From: Verrucomicrobiales bacterium | GTDB taxonomy: Bacteria; Verrucomicrobiota; Verrucomicrobiia; Verrucomicrobiales; V1-33 | NCBI GenBank assembly: GCA_031411295.1 | Contig: JANOAV010000189.1 | Location: forward strand, 32,001 to 96,000 | Direction: 5' to 3' | DNA: 64,000 nucleotides | Program-made: the position numbers and the translations under genes | Notes under the pieces: generated by a model | Databases searched by the model: none | Seen by the model: the letters and a program-made list of their open reading frames with translations, nothing else | What the model was told of the DNA's origin: nothing | Shown here: positions 30,801 to 39,912 of the stretch, in pieces | Layout: each line of letters begins with the position of its first letter | Numbering within the stretch: position 1 is the first letter of the stretch

Positions 30801-33677
30801 TACAATGAGCGAATTGGCGATCAGTTGCGGTTGCACGAAGAAATCCGCATCCGTTAGCCCGGCGGTCAAGCCTTGGATCGCTAGCACGTTATTCGAGCCC
30901 GGGTTGAGCGAGGCGATGGCACTGGAAATATCAATTTCCTCCCAGACCAGGGCAGAGACATCATCGCGTTCGACCGGAGCGACCGCATTCCACGGCGTAG
31001 TGGTCGGCGTGCGACGTTCGGCAACTTTCACACCGTTGATGTAAGCGACGAACGCGTCGTCGTTGCGCATGCGTAATTTCAGGCTCTTCAACGCGCTGAC
31101 ATCCGCCACGTTAAATGGATAGCGCATGAAGGCGGAAGTGTTCTTGCCGTAGAGACTATCCTTCACATTCGTGGCGATGAGCGGCAGGTAGGTGTCGAAC
31201 GCCCGCCCCATGACCACGACTTCACCCAGCGAGAGCACGTTGCTTTCGTCCGTATTGCCATTGCCGGCCGAGCCGCTGAGATCAGGGTCCGGGGTGCGCG
31301 TGATGACCACATAACGTCCCGGAACGGATCCGCCCGCCAGCGCGCTGAGGTTGACCGCAATCTGGCCCGGGCCGCCGGGGAAGGCGTAGCCAGCGTTCTC
31401 GGGATTCAGCAGCGCGCTTTGAAAGACGACGGTGCTGTTATCCGTGTCGAGCACTTTGACCGTGAGGTCCCGCATCCGCGAGCCACAGCAACTGGTGCGG
31501 TTATACAACGTGATGGAAGAAATGAGTTTCCGTCCCCCAAGATCAATGGCTAAACGGGCGGCATTGTCGGTGCTGGCAGTATGCGTGAAGTCCCCATAGT
31601 TGCCGTTGGTGGCATTACCTTCAGGGAAACCAATGTTGCTGGAACCCGTGGCCACCGCGGCCAGCGCGACGTTCGTATCCACCACCGGACCGACGCCCAC
31701 AAGTGCGTTGATTTGTAATTCACCGATGGCCAAGGTGTAACTATCATGATCGTTCACGCCGCCGCCCCCAGTGCGGGTGATTTTTACTTTTCGCCCCAGC
31801 AGGCCAGTGGGATTGGTGGGGAGTAAATTGAGCACATAGGGTGCTTGCGGTGCTGTGTTATTGCTGTTGAGCAAGCCAGAGGTCCAGACCACGGCATCCG
31901 CTTGATCTAAAACATCGACCGTAAAGTTACGCAACCGCTCTGGGCAACAGCCATCGCCTCGATTGTAAATTACCAGGCTCGCCAAGGCCACATCATTGGG
32001 TAAGGCCACTTCCAGCCAAGCATTGGCATCAGCAGGCGCACCGCTGGTGTGGGTGAAATTTGCGGTATTGCCATCAATGGCGTTGCCCGCCGGATAACCG
32101 CCGTATTCCGAACTCTGGAAGGCAACCACCCCAATGGATTGCGCCGCATTGTAAGTGGCGGGCGGAGGCGTGACATTCACTTGCACTTCGCCCAGCGAAA
32201 GGATCGTGGAGCTTCCCGTCTTGGTAATGCGGACTCGCTTGCCCGGCACATTGTTGCCGCCATTGGCACCCGCCACATTGACATAGATCAGCGCTGGGCC
32301 GGCCAGAGTGTTCCCTGGATTCAGGGTTGGTGAGGTCCAACGCAGCGTGCCCGCAGCATCGTAAATCTGCACCGTGATATCCGCGAGGCGCTCCGGGCAG
32401 CAGTTACTGCGGTTGTTGAGAATAATGTTAGAGATTTGCCCCTCATTGGCCAGGACGACCTGCCACCAAGGATTCACGTCACCAGCAGCCCCGGTGGTGT
32501 GGGTGAAATTTGCCAGATTCCCATCAATGCCCAGCGCGGCAGGATAGCCGCTCAGTTCCGTGCTCTGGGTGGCGACAGCACCCGTGATACGAGCCGCATT
32601 AACCGTGTTAGGAGCGGTGGCGAAGACTTGCACTTCGCCCAAGGAGAGCACGTAATTGTCATGATCCCCAATCGCCCCACCGCCACCCGTCCGCGTGACG
32701 CGGACTCGACTGCCGGTCTGCAAACTTCCCAGCGTTCCAAACAAATCCAATGTGATCGAAGCCGGGCCATTCAAACTGTTATTCGGATTCAACAACGCGG
32801 AGGTATACACCGCCGTGCCCGCAGCATTCAAGATTTGCACCGTGAGATTGCGCATGCGCTCGGGGCAGCAACCGCCCCCGCGGTTGAAGAGGACGATTTT
32901 GCCAATGTCCTGCGGCACCGGAAAAGCCACCTGCCACCAAGCGTTCGCATCTGCCGCACTCCCACTGGTGTGCGTGAAATTTCCCGTATTCCCATCCACT
33001 GCGTTGCTGGCAGGATAGCCGCCCAGTTCCGAACTCTGCGTGGCTACGCCGATGTTCGAGACATTGCTCGTGACGGGCACGATTCCTACATCATATCCCA
33101 CTCCGCCAGGTGCCGTGCCGGTAATCCAAGTCCCGCCCGTGCTGGTCTGATTCCAGTCGGCCGGTAAATCACCCACTGCCAACGGGACGAGCACCGAGGG
33201 AGTCACCGTGGCCACCAAGTCTGTGGCCACCGGCGTCTGCGCAATGCCATACGATTGGTTCGCTTTCTGCCCCGGATACTGCGGGTTAAATTCCGATACC
33301 ACCGTGGTGCCATTCGGTTGCACCAACGCCAGATACTCCCCGGAGTTGTTCAATGAGAAATTCGTGTGCAATTGCTGCCCCGCCACCGCGCGATTTTTTC
33401 CCGACGCGAACACTACTAACGATCCCCCAGGAGCAATGGAGACGCTGGGAAAGCGCCATTTCAGCTTACTTCCAGCATCATCCGTGAGCGCCCACCCCGT
33501 GAGATCCGCCGTCGTGGCATCAGGATTCTGGATCTCGATCCAGTCAGAAGTCGCGCCATCTTCATCGCGCAACCCAGCCGAATTTTCCGCCAAAAATTCG
33601 GAAATGAATGGAGCTGCCGCCAAGGGGCGGACGAAGGAAAACAGCGCACAGAGTGAGGCTACGAGGAGGATTTTCAT
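27840..33677 (-). CDS. Large secreted CotH-kinase family protein with lamin-tail domains and four F-type lectin repeats
   Basis: Lamin-tail domains (ISEFLAEN..DWIEIQN; ISEIHYHP); four ATQSS..DGN..FTHT..NR..CC.ER repeats; CotH core (GLRIRG, LYLNGLYWGLF, NNW, HDAEH). Confidence 0.85.
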   Translation of the reverse strand: MKILLVASLCALFSFVRPLAAAPFISEFLAENSAGLRDEDGATSDWIEIQNPDATTADLTGWALTDDAGSKLKWRFPSVSIAPGGSLVVFASGKNRAVAGQQLHTNFSLNNSGEYLALVQPNGTTVVSEFNPQYPGQKANQSYGIAQTPVATDLVATVTPSVLVPLAVGDLPADWNQTSTGGTWITGTAPGGVGYDVGIVPVTSNVSNIGVATQSSELGGYPASNAVDGNTGNFTHTSGSAADANAWWQVAFPVPQDIGKIVLFNRGGGCCPERMRNLTVQILNAAGTAVYTSALLNPNNSLNGPASITLDLFGTLGSLQTGSRVRVTRTGGGGAIGDHDNYVLSLGEVQVFATAPNTVNAARITGAVATQSTELSGYPAALGIDGNLANFTHTTGAAGDVNPWWQVVLANEGQISNIILNNRSNCCPERLADITVQIYDAAGTLRWTSPTLNPGNTLAGPALIYVNVAGANGGNNVPGKRVRITKTGSSTILSLGEVQVNVTPPPATYNAAQSIGVVAFQSSEYGGYPAGNAIDGNTANFTHTSGAPADANAWLEVALPNDVALASLVIYNRGDGCCPERLRNFTVDVLDQADAVVWTSGLLNSNNTAPQAPYVLNLLPTNPTGLLGRKVKITRTGGGGVNDHDSYTLAIGELQINALVGVGPVVDTNVALAAVATGSSNIGFPEGNATNGNYGDFTHTASTDNAARLAIDLGGRKLISSITLYNRTSCCGSRMRDLTVKVLDTDNSTVVFQSALLNPENAGYAFPGGPGQIAVNLSALAGGSVPGRYVVITRTPDPDLSGSAGNGNTDESNVLSLGEVVVMGRAFDTYLPLIATNVKDSLYGKNTSAFMRYPFNVADVSALKSLKLRMRNDDAFVAYINGVKVAERRTPTTTPWNAVAPVERDDVSALVWEEIDISSAIASLNPGSNNVLAIQGLTAGLTDADFFVQPQLIANSLIVNAFASYLTTPTPGAQNNSTWFIDTVADTSFSVKRGFYTSAQTVAITSLTPGVDIWYSTNGEEPEPGQGTLYSGPLTISQTTVLRARAFKTNWKPTNVDTNTYIFLSDVVAQAANGQAPTGWPVSWGANSVNYGMDPAVRALYGDAALQAALTQIPTVSVVTEMANLFDAGTGIYANAGGHGDEWERPASFEWLDPNGAVGQQGKIQQNFGLRIRGGASRSSTVPKHSFRAYFRGEYGAGKLEFPIFGNTGASQYDVIDLASSQNYSWQGGDASDTMVRDPFSRTTLLATGSPACRNKYFQLYLNGLYWGLFYFDERVSGGYGEAYFGGNKDDYDVIKTANHNGGFATEATSGYLDTQPLVGGGTTTAAWKLLWDKARALAAAPTTAAYFEILGKNPDGTRNPTYPVLVDETSLIDYLLTIFYTGDGDAPLSAFLGSERANNWFSLRSRVNQDQGFTFYTHDAEHTVGAGASQNDRTGPWPSNPTAATNQNNFIYSNPQWLFQDLCASPEFRLKVADRAHRHFFNGGVMTTTSSQARIDDLASQINLAVKAHAQRWGSTSLNDAQWSSAVGVARGWLNGRTETVVQQLRNYRLTSALAIGSAPLYPNVVAPVFSQHGGNIPPAFGLTMTSTDVPAGTIYFSTNGTDPRAIGGAAVGSEYASSIPLSATTTVKARTLLNGNWSALTEAQFLVDVTPATNQNLVISEIHYHPVDLTTAEAVGLNATQLAAYADSDVFEFLELTNLSTSNVNLSGATFTAGISYTFPAGSIFPPGAKILLVKHADAFALRYGNSIVPNGVYGGKLSNNGETLTLTSTFGTVLATVTYVGAGDSDGGGPSLVIMRPEDLNYDAAHQRSSIQTNGNPGASDALRLTVNPLGDADKDGFPALVEYALGTSDTNGFQMPALPEVVKHGAGEIEIRFPFKANADDAIILPQGSPDITTWVDARTLAPTTEIINGPNPGDRIMIIRGPATIADGTRYFYRTNVQLK

Positions 33678-33793
33678 GAGGGGGAATTATTGCTTAGCGA
33701 ATAATAGCAATATCCATCTGACTAGTCCATTAAATTCATGCTGTTTCGGGCGCCCGGGCAGCTGGGAGTGGTGGATGGTAACCGCCAGCTTAA

Positions 33794-34639
33794 TCATTTA
33801 GCTGTGGCCACCGGCCCAGCCGATGCAAGCAACGCAGGATTCGTCTCCACCCGATTCCGCCGCATCCGCTGCAACGCCGACGCGCTGAGTTCCCATCTGC
33901 GCGAGTGCCAGCCATCAGTGAAAACTTCGCTCTCATCCATTCGCTCCATTTTGCGGAAAGCCGCTTGCGAAGGGGTATAGCAGGATAACCGACCCACATT
34001 CTCATCTACCAGCTCGGATTCACTTTTCCCGACCAACGGGCTGACTGCCACGTAGCACCCTCGCTCCACCGCCCGGGCTGAGGCGCAGCGCGCGATGCGC
34101 TCCACGCCCAGCATCGTCTCCGTGGCACTGGGAACGAGGAGCAGATCGATCCCCTGGTCCCGCAGCGCGATGCTGTGTTCCGGCAGTTCCACATCCAGAC
34201 AAACGAGCGTCGCCAGCTTCCAGCCGAGGAACATCCACGGATGGATGCCGCGGCCAGGATCAAACGCTTTTTCCCATGGCGTAAGGCAGAGTTTATCCTG
34301 AAACAGCGGCCGACCGTCAGCTAAAATTACCGCCCGATTATGAAGGCCCTGAGGGCCACAACAAGGCACGGTTCCTAGGATAACGCATTTGTTGGGCTGG
34401 CTCAAGGCAACCGAAATGTCCGGCCACAGCTGATCCCAGAAGAGCGTGGAAACTTCCGATAATCCACCAGCAAAACGTTCCAATCCCAACCAAAGAAACT
34501 CCGGCAGCAAGACTACATCCGCGCCTTCCTCCCAGGACGCGACCACTCGCTGGGTGACGGCGGAAGCAAAGGCCTGCGGCGTTTCCCCCGGATCGCCCAA
34601 GTCGGCCGTCCAAGCGGTCAGTGTCAGCGTCGCGTTCAA
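33794..34639 (-). CDS. Carbon-nitrogen hydrolase (nitrilase superfamily)
   Basis: Glu-Lys-Cys triad contexts LLPEF, QDKLCLTPWE and LVCLDVE; probable TTG start overlapping the upstream stop. Confidence 0.85.
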   Translation of the reverse strand: MNATLTLTAWTADLGDPGETPQAFASAVTQRVVASWEEGADVVLLPEFLWLGLERFAGGLSEVSTLFWDQLWPDISVALSQPNKCVILGTVPCCGPQGLHNRAVILADGRPLFQDKLCLTPWEKAFDPGRGIHPWMFLGWKLATLVCLDVELPEHSIALRDQGIDLLLVPSATETMLGVERIARCASARAVERGCYVAVSPLVGKSESELVDENVGRLSCYTPSQAAFRKMERMDESEVFTDGWHSRRWELSASALQRMRRNRVETNPALLASAGPVATAK

Positions 34640-35193
34640 TTGAGCGAGGGATCCTCCGGGGTGTCGGCCAGAATGCGGCCCCACGGTCCCAACGAACTCA
34701 AGAGCGACGTCCATAAGTCTTCGCGACGGCCCGGTTTGAGCACTTCAGCCGCAGGGCTTCGGGTGATCCATGCCTGCTCTCGTAACTCGTCCTCCAATTG
34801 CCCCTCACTCCACCCCGCATAGCCCAGAAAGGCTCGCACCACATCCCCTGCCTCATGTCGCGCGATGGCCTCCTGCGTGGAAAGATGGGTATTAAAACTA
34901 AGGACATCCTGGTCTGGTGGCCAACCGAAGGCCGCAAAGGTCAAATGCTCCTGTCCAACGGGACCGCCAATATAGATCGGCACCTCGCGCAGGGCAGCAA
35001 ACTCGACCGAGGCCAGAACATCGCCCACCTTCTTATCCATGGGCCGGTTCAAGATATACCCATGCGCGCCCTTGGCCCGACTGTATTCGGTCAAGAGTAA
35101 CACGCAGCGACTGAAGTTAGGGTCGCGCAAGGAGGGATCGGCCAAGAAAAGCGAGCCCTTGATAGGCAGGTTTGGAACTGAGGGATTGGTCAT
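34636..35193 (-). CDS. YqgE/AlgH (UPF0301) family protein
   Basis: L.DPNF.R.VLL, GYILNRP, GGPV, FLGYAGWSEGQLEDE and P.DPSLN motifs. Confidence 0.93.
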   Translation of the reverse strand: MTNPSVPNLPIKGSLFLADPSLRDPNFSRCVLLLTEYSRAKGAHGYILNRPMDKKVGDVLASVEFAALREVPIYIGGPVGQEHLTFAAFGWPPDQDVLSFNTHLSTQEAIARHEAGDVVRAFLGYAGWSEGQLEDELREQAWITRSPAAEVLKPGRREDLWTSLLSSLGPWGRILADTPEDPSLN

Positions 35194-35437
35194 GGTTGGT
35201 GATGCCAATTTAGCACCATCGCAGCCGTTGATAAAGCGAAAACACCTAAACGGGGATCAAGAGCCAATTTGCCGCATCTGAGGGTTCTTGGTTCGCGGCT
35301 ACGGCATTGGGAACGTCGCTAAGCCGGGGCTCTTAATGCGTGTTGGGGCAAGCTGTCACTTGCATCTTGCATTGGCTGCGTCGATTGTTGCGGGATTACC
35401 ATTTTTAAGTGGCCAGTAAAATAATAGACGAATCCGT

Positions 35438-35980
35438 ATGATTTCTCACATAAACCAAATGCGGCTTTTCCTGAATCACTTAGGATTAGTATATAAAGAC
35501 ACAGAAACTGAAATACTTCAATCACGAATAGATTATCTTCAGTTTGATAGGGGATTCATCCCAGAACATGCTGTCTTTATTGTTAACTTAATGCCGAGTA
35601 AAACATCCTGCATCGAAGCGGATTCAGAAGCAATTTTTCAATTTTATAGTTTTGATTTAAGTTGCTCGCGGAATCAAAGGAACCAAACCAAGGACGCAGA
35701 TCATTGTTGGTTGCTTGGAGACCACCTTAGCTCAGCCGCTCTCACATTGCGCAGCAACTGGAAAAGTATGAGCTTAGAATATGCCTACATTGACTTTTTA
35801 TCTCCCGAAAAGCGGATAATTTGGGATGATACTTTTGTTGACAAATTGCATAAACTTACAATCGGCGATGCAGCTGGGTTAGAGTTGTTTTCCGAAGGAT
35901 TACCCGAAAAAGAGTTGAAAGGTTTGGTAACAAAGTGGGAAAGTGTCTTTCATAAGTTCCTAAATGCGAAAAGTCACTAG
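35438..35980 (+). CDS. AT-rich hypothetical protein, possibly an orphan immunity protein
   Basis: Isolated ORF in a visibly AT-rich patch, on the opposite strand to its neighbours. Confidence 0.55.
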   Translation: MISHINQMRLFLNHLGLVYKDTETEILQSRIDYLQFDRGFIPEHAVFIVNLMPSKTSCIEADSEAIFQFYSFDLSCSRNQRNQTKDADHCWLLGDHLSSAALTLRSNWKSMSLEYAYIDFLSPEKRIIWDDTFVDKLHKLTIGDAAGLELFSEGLPEKELKGLVTKWESVFHKFLNAKSH

Positions 35981-36145
35981 CACAACTTCAATCTTGCGCA
36001 CCCTATGACAAAACCTTTGAAATTCTGTCAACGTATCGGCGTAATAAATCCCCCTACAAGTCAGAGCGCCGAGCCTGCCGAGCTACCAGGCATAGGTGCG
36101 TCGTCGCTACCGTCGTTTGAGGAACTGCGAAGAGCCGAAGCAAAC

Positions 36146-37483
36146 TTACCGGCTTTGGTATTGCAGGGAGAAGAAAGCGCCTTTCACCAGGGCCTTGCGC
36201 GGTTTTTTCTCATTCGTGCCCCGCGTGGCGACGATGCTGGAACCCTGCGCGGCGGGGCCGTTGGTGGGGTTCTTGGGCAGGGCGTTGAGAGAACTGTAGG
36301 TGGTGGCCAATGGCGGGGAAGCGGAGTTGGTGGAGACGACTTGATTGGAAGAAAGTTTCGGCAGCGCCAGAGGGGCGGCAGGAGCGGTGGGCGCTTCGTC
36401 TTCTTGTGGATTCAAAATTTCACCATCGTTGATTAACGTGGTCCGAATGTTGGGGGAGGTTGGCCAAGTGGTGGCATTGGGGGTGATCACAATGCTCTCG
36501 CCTTGCAGGGCTGAAGCTCCACGCAGCGGTTGGGTTGGATGCTCGGTGTTAAGATGCACGCCGCTGCCACTGGCACTTGATTGAATGGTCCCGTTGCTAG
36601 TAATATTGATTTGGACAGTGTTGCTGCCGGGGACATATCTCGGCACGGCTTGCAGGTGGACCGTGAAGCCGCGCATGGTGCCATAATTGTTGATGCTGGC
36701 GATGGTGGTGGCTGGCTGGGCCAGGGCTGTGGTCGCTGGGTTGGTGACGTTGGCCCGGCCTGCCGCCGTGATCCGCAGATCGCCATTGGTGGATTCCAGC
36801 AAGGCAGGATCGCCAAAGCGACCTTCATTTTGCACGGTGGACCCAATGATGGTGAGATTTCCTTGGGACGCCCGCACGATGCCGCGATTGTTTACGGTGC
36901 CACCCGTGGAGGTGACGGTTCCCGCAGGCTCTCCGACGACTGTCTCGCCTGTGGTGATCCATTGATCTGCATTGGCTGCAGGGAGCGCGCTGAGGAGGAC
37001 CGTGGGAGCATTGATACTACCACCAGCTCCTACGGTAATGTTCTGGGAGAACAAGCCCAGGCGTCCGTTGGAACTCAGAGGTCCATTGATGACGCTGCTG
37101 CCACCGTCAACGATGGCGACAGCCTGGCCGCCGCTGTTGATGGTAAGTCGCTGTAAACTACTGGTCCCGCCAATTTGAAGCCCCTGCCAGTTGAGCCGAG
37201 TGGAGCCATTGAGGAGAATCGTGCCCTGCCCTGCGGAGTCGATGAAACATTGCGGAATGGCTCCGGTGAAGCCTTGATATCCAGTGAACATGTGACAGTC
37301 CACGGGGACAGATTGAGCGTGCAAGGCAGCAGGCCACAGCAGAGCGGCCAAGGCAAGGTAGTGCTGGGCTTTAGCCCGCATACGATGAACTGCGGAGTGA
37401 GCGTTCGAGGCGCTGGGATGGTGGTCAGCGAGGGAACGGTTTACGGGCTGAAGCCCATTACGACATGGATGCTGCGTTTTCAT
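36146..37483 (-). CDS. Short TpsA / filamentous haemagglutinin N-terminal (TPS) domain protein
   Basis: RLNWQGLQIG, SVINGPLSSNGRLGLFSQN and ITVGAGGSINA (TPS domain); beta-helix-like repeats (VNNRG, VQNEG, INNYG). Confidence 0.75.
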   Translation of the reverse strand: MKTQHPCRNGLQPVNRSLADHHPSASNAHSAVHRMRAKAQHYLALAALLWPAALHAQSVPVDCHMFTGYQGFTGAIPQCFIDSAGQGTILLNGSTRLNWQGLQIGGTSSLQRLTINSGGQAVAIVDGGSSVINGPLSSNGRLGLFSQNITVGAGGSINAPTVLLSALPAANADQWITTGETVVGEPAGTVTSTGGTVNNRGIVRASQGNLTIIGSTVQNEGRFGDPALLESTNGDLRITAAGRANVTNPATTALAQPATTIASINNYGTMRGFTVHLQAVPRYVPGSNTVQINITSNGTIQSSASGSGVHLNTEHPTQPLRGASALQGESIVITPNATTWPTSPNIRTTLINDGEILNPQEDEAPTAPAAPLALPKLSSNQVVSTNSASPPLATTYSSLNALPKNPTNGPAAQGSSIVATRGTNEKKPRKALVKGAFFSLQYQSR

Positions 37484-39912
37484 AAGCGTGAAGCGTTGCC
37501 CCGGATGAGGCGGAAGGATCCGACGGAGGGAAGGTTGGGTTTGCTGTGGGAAATCTTGCGAAGCGCCTGCCAGGCTGCTTCGGAGGCGTCCGTGCCCTGT
37601 TTCAGGCTGGCGTAGAACGCCTCCATGAGGACCGGAGCCACGGGATCGGCCACCGGCGTGGTGGAAACGAGCACGTCCCGCACCCCGGCCGTATGACAGG
37701 CACGGGAAAAGTCAAACACGGCCTCGCTGCGCTGACTGCCGCCGCGTCCGGTATCGCAAGCACTGAGGACCGCCAAGTCCAGGTGGTTAAGTTTCATCGC
37801 GGCTACTTCACCTGCAAACAGGAGTCCATTCTCGGCTTCAGCCAAATTCAGGTTCACCTGCGGACACACCAAGCAATTGCTGAATGGACTGGGCCGACCA
37901 TCGCTGGCCACATCGGAGACGCCATGCCCCGCAAAGTGCCAGACGCGCATTGATTTGTCCTCCAGCACTTCGCGTAGCTGGGGTTCCGTAGCGGCTAGTC
38001 TAAGCCACGACTGCGGGTGCTGCGCGCCCACGACCGTCAGTTCCGGATCGACTTGGGTCAGCTTGGCCAGCGGACGATTCTGCACCAGCGTGAGCGGGAA
38101 ATTCCAGCCCGCCTTGGGCGCGGGAATTTGCAACGGCACGTTGCTGGCATCAATTCCCAGCCAAGTTCCTGGCCGCAAGGGCAAGTTCTGGGCGCCTTGA
38201 TGAAACATCGTTTCCGGGGTGGCAAGGAAGGTGATCCATTGCGGGGAATCCAGCAATGCCTGATCCTGCCAGCGCAGAAACGGGATGGGCAGACTGGCCA
38301 GAGCACCTTCGAGGAACAGAAAAATGCGCTTGGTCTCGGAGGCGAACTTGGAGGCAATGGGTCCCCAGATAAATTTCCCCAGACTCGTTAGGATCTTCGT
38401 GCGTTCAGCCGTAGAGGCGAGAAGATTGTCGCGCAGTTGATTCGCTTGATTCAGGGCGGAGGTTAGGTCGTAGCCCAGGTTGATGAAGCTGGGCGGTCCA
38501 GTAGGGTTCAAGACCAGTGCGGCCAGCGTGGTTTCCCATTGTTGGCCAATAGGTTTGCGGAACGTGAACAAGCACAGCAAACAACTGTTGTTCGGCAAGG
38601 TAGCCTGCCAATCAGTCAGGGAGTGGAGGCTGAGCGATTCTCGCATGGCCAATCCAAAGCCACTGAGCAGCGCTGGCACATGCGTGGCACGAGATTCCGC
38701 AGGGAGCGCCATGAGGGGGCTGGCAAGGTCCAAGTGGTCAAGGAAAGCCAAGCGCTCCGCTTCACTTTTGGTGGCAGTGAGCGATTTAATTTGCGCCAGG
38801 GCGCAAGTGATCACCTCTTGGGCGGAAATGCTGGAATCCTTGCCTGAGATGGCCTCCAGCGCCCAGCGGGTGGTGGCGGCATTGCGCCGCAGAGGGTGCG
38901 AGGTGGCCAAGGCTTGAAACTTTGGATCAGTCGTGATGGCTTGCAACGTGCTGCGGCAGGCCTCGAGACTGACGGTGGCCGCCTCCGCTTGTCCCAGAGA
39001 ACTGTGCGCGGCGGCTTGCAGGCGCAGGGTTTCGGCTAACGTTAGTTGTGCGGAGAGATCAAGTTTCTGCGACGACAGAGTTTGGGCAATCTCCGTGGTG
39101 GTGGCCAGGATGTCTTCCTGCGGATCATTCCCGTCGATGGCCGACAAGGCAGCGGCAGCGTAGTTGGCACGGATGCTTGCCAGATAAGGGGAGTCTTTGG
39201 CCAGCGCCTCCCGGAAGGCGTTGCGGGAGGCGGCAACATTGCCCATGCGCCAATGCGCCAAGGCGAGATCGCTCCAGACGAGAGCGGGCTCATTGGTGTT
39301 AGTTAGGGCTTGCTGCAAGTGTTCCAACGCGGCTGGGTAGTTACCCATGACATGATACCATGTTCCCAGATTCTGCTCGGCGCGGGAGCGCGCGGAGAGG
39401 CACTCCGGATTCGTGCGGTGTGGTGGTTGGTTGAGCCATTCGATCGCTTCTTCAATCAGCGTCTTGGCGGCGGCGTAATTGGCCTGGGAACGTTGGCTTT
39501 CAGCAAAACGCAGGCGCACGTTGGCGGCCAGCGCAGGCTGGCTGGAGCAGGTCTTGAGGGTTTGCCAGGCGGCCTCGAAGTGAGTTGCGGCCGCACTGGG
39601 TTGCAGCTCCGCGAGTTCGGAGAATACTGCGCCTAACAGGGCTGGATTCGGTTTGGCTGCAAGGAGGTCACGCGCCTGTTGTTGCCAGGAAATGGCTTCG
39701 TCCATTTTTTCCAGTTGGCGGCAGGTGACTCCCAGAAGATAGGCTCGCTGGGCAGGATCAGTATCCTGCGGCTTCAGAGCCAACAACTGCGTGCGCGCCT
39801 CGGCGTAGTTGCGATCCTCCATAAGTTGGTCAAGGTCCGCCGCGGAATCGGCCGGGGCGCTGTTGGTGGCCAGCAGCAGCAGCGCAAAACAAAGCTGGAG
39901 CTTAGGGCACAT
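37480..39912 (-). CDS. Exported TPR-CHAT (caspase-like) protease
   Basis: Signal peptide from ATG 39912; TPR-like helices; intact CHAT dyad VWHFAGHG and LAVLSACDTG; AGVRDVLVS. Confidence 0.88.
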   Translation of the reverse strand: MCPKLQLCFALLLLATNSAPADSAADLDQLMEDRNYAEARTQLLALKPQDTDPAQRAYLLGVTCRQLEKMDEAISWQQQARDLLAAKPNPALLGAVFSELAELQPSAAATHFEAAWQTLKTCSSQPALAANVRLRFAESQRSQANYAAAKTLIEEAIEWLNQPPHRTNPECLSARSRAEQNLGTWYHVMGNYPAALEHLQQALTNTNEPALVWSDLALAHWRMGNVAASRNAFREALAKDSPYLASIRANYAAAALSAIDGNDPQEDILATTTEIAQTLSSQKLDLSAQLTLAETLRLQAAAHSSLGQAEAATVSLEACRSTLQAITTDPKFQALATSHPLRRNAATTRWALEAISGKDSSISAQEVITCALAQIKSLTATKSEAERLAFLDHLDLASPLMALPAESRATHVPALLSGFGLAMRESLSLHSLTDWQATLPNNSCLLCLFTFRKPIGQQWETTLAALVLNPTGPPSFINLGYDLTSALNQANQLRDNLLASTAERTKILTSLGKFIWGPIASKFASETKRIFLFLEGALASLPIPFLRWQDQALLDSPQWITFLATPETMFHQGAQNLPLRPGTWLGIDASNVPLQIPAPKAGWNFPLTLVQNRPLAKLTQVDPELTVVGAQHPQSWLRLAATEPQLREVLEDKSMRVWHFAGHGVSDVASDGRPSPFSNCLVCPQVNLNLAEAENGLLFAGEVAAMKLNHLDLAVLSACDTGRGGSQRSEAVFDFSRACHTAGVRDVLVSTTPVADPVAPVLMEAFYASLKQGTDASEAAWQALRKISHSKPNLPSVGSFRLIRGNASRL

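Noticed and set aside
36146..37483. TpsA as a CDI toxin
   Set aside because: It is far too short, with no VENN or pre-toxin motif and no co-oriented immunity gene.
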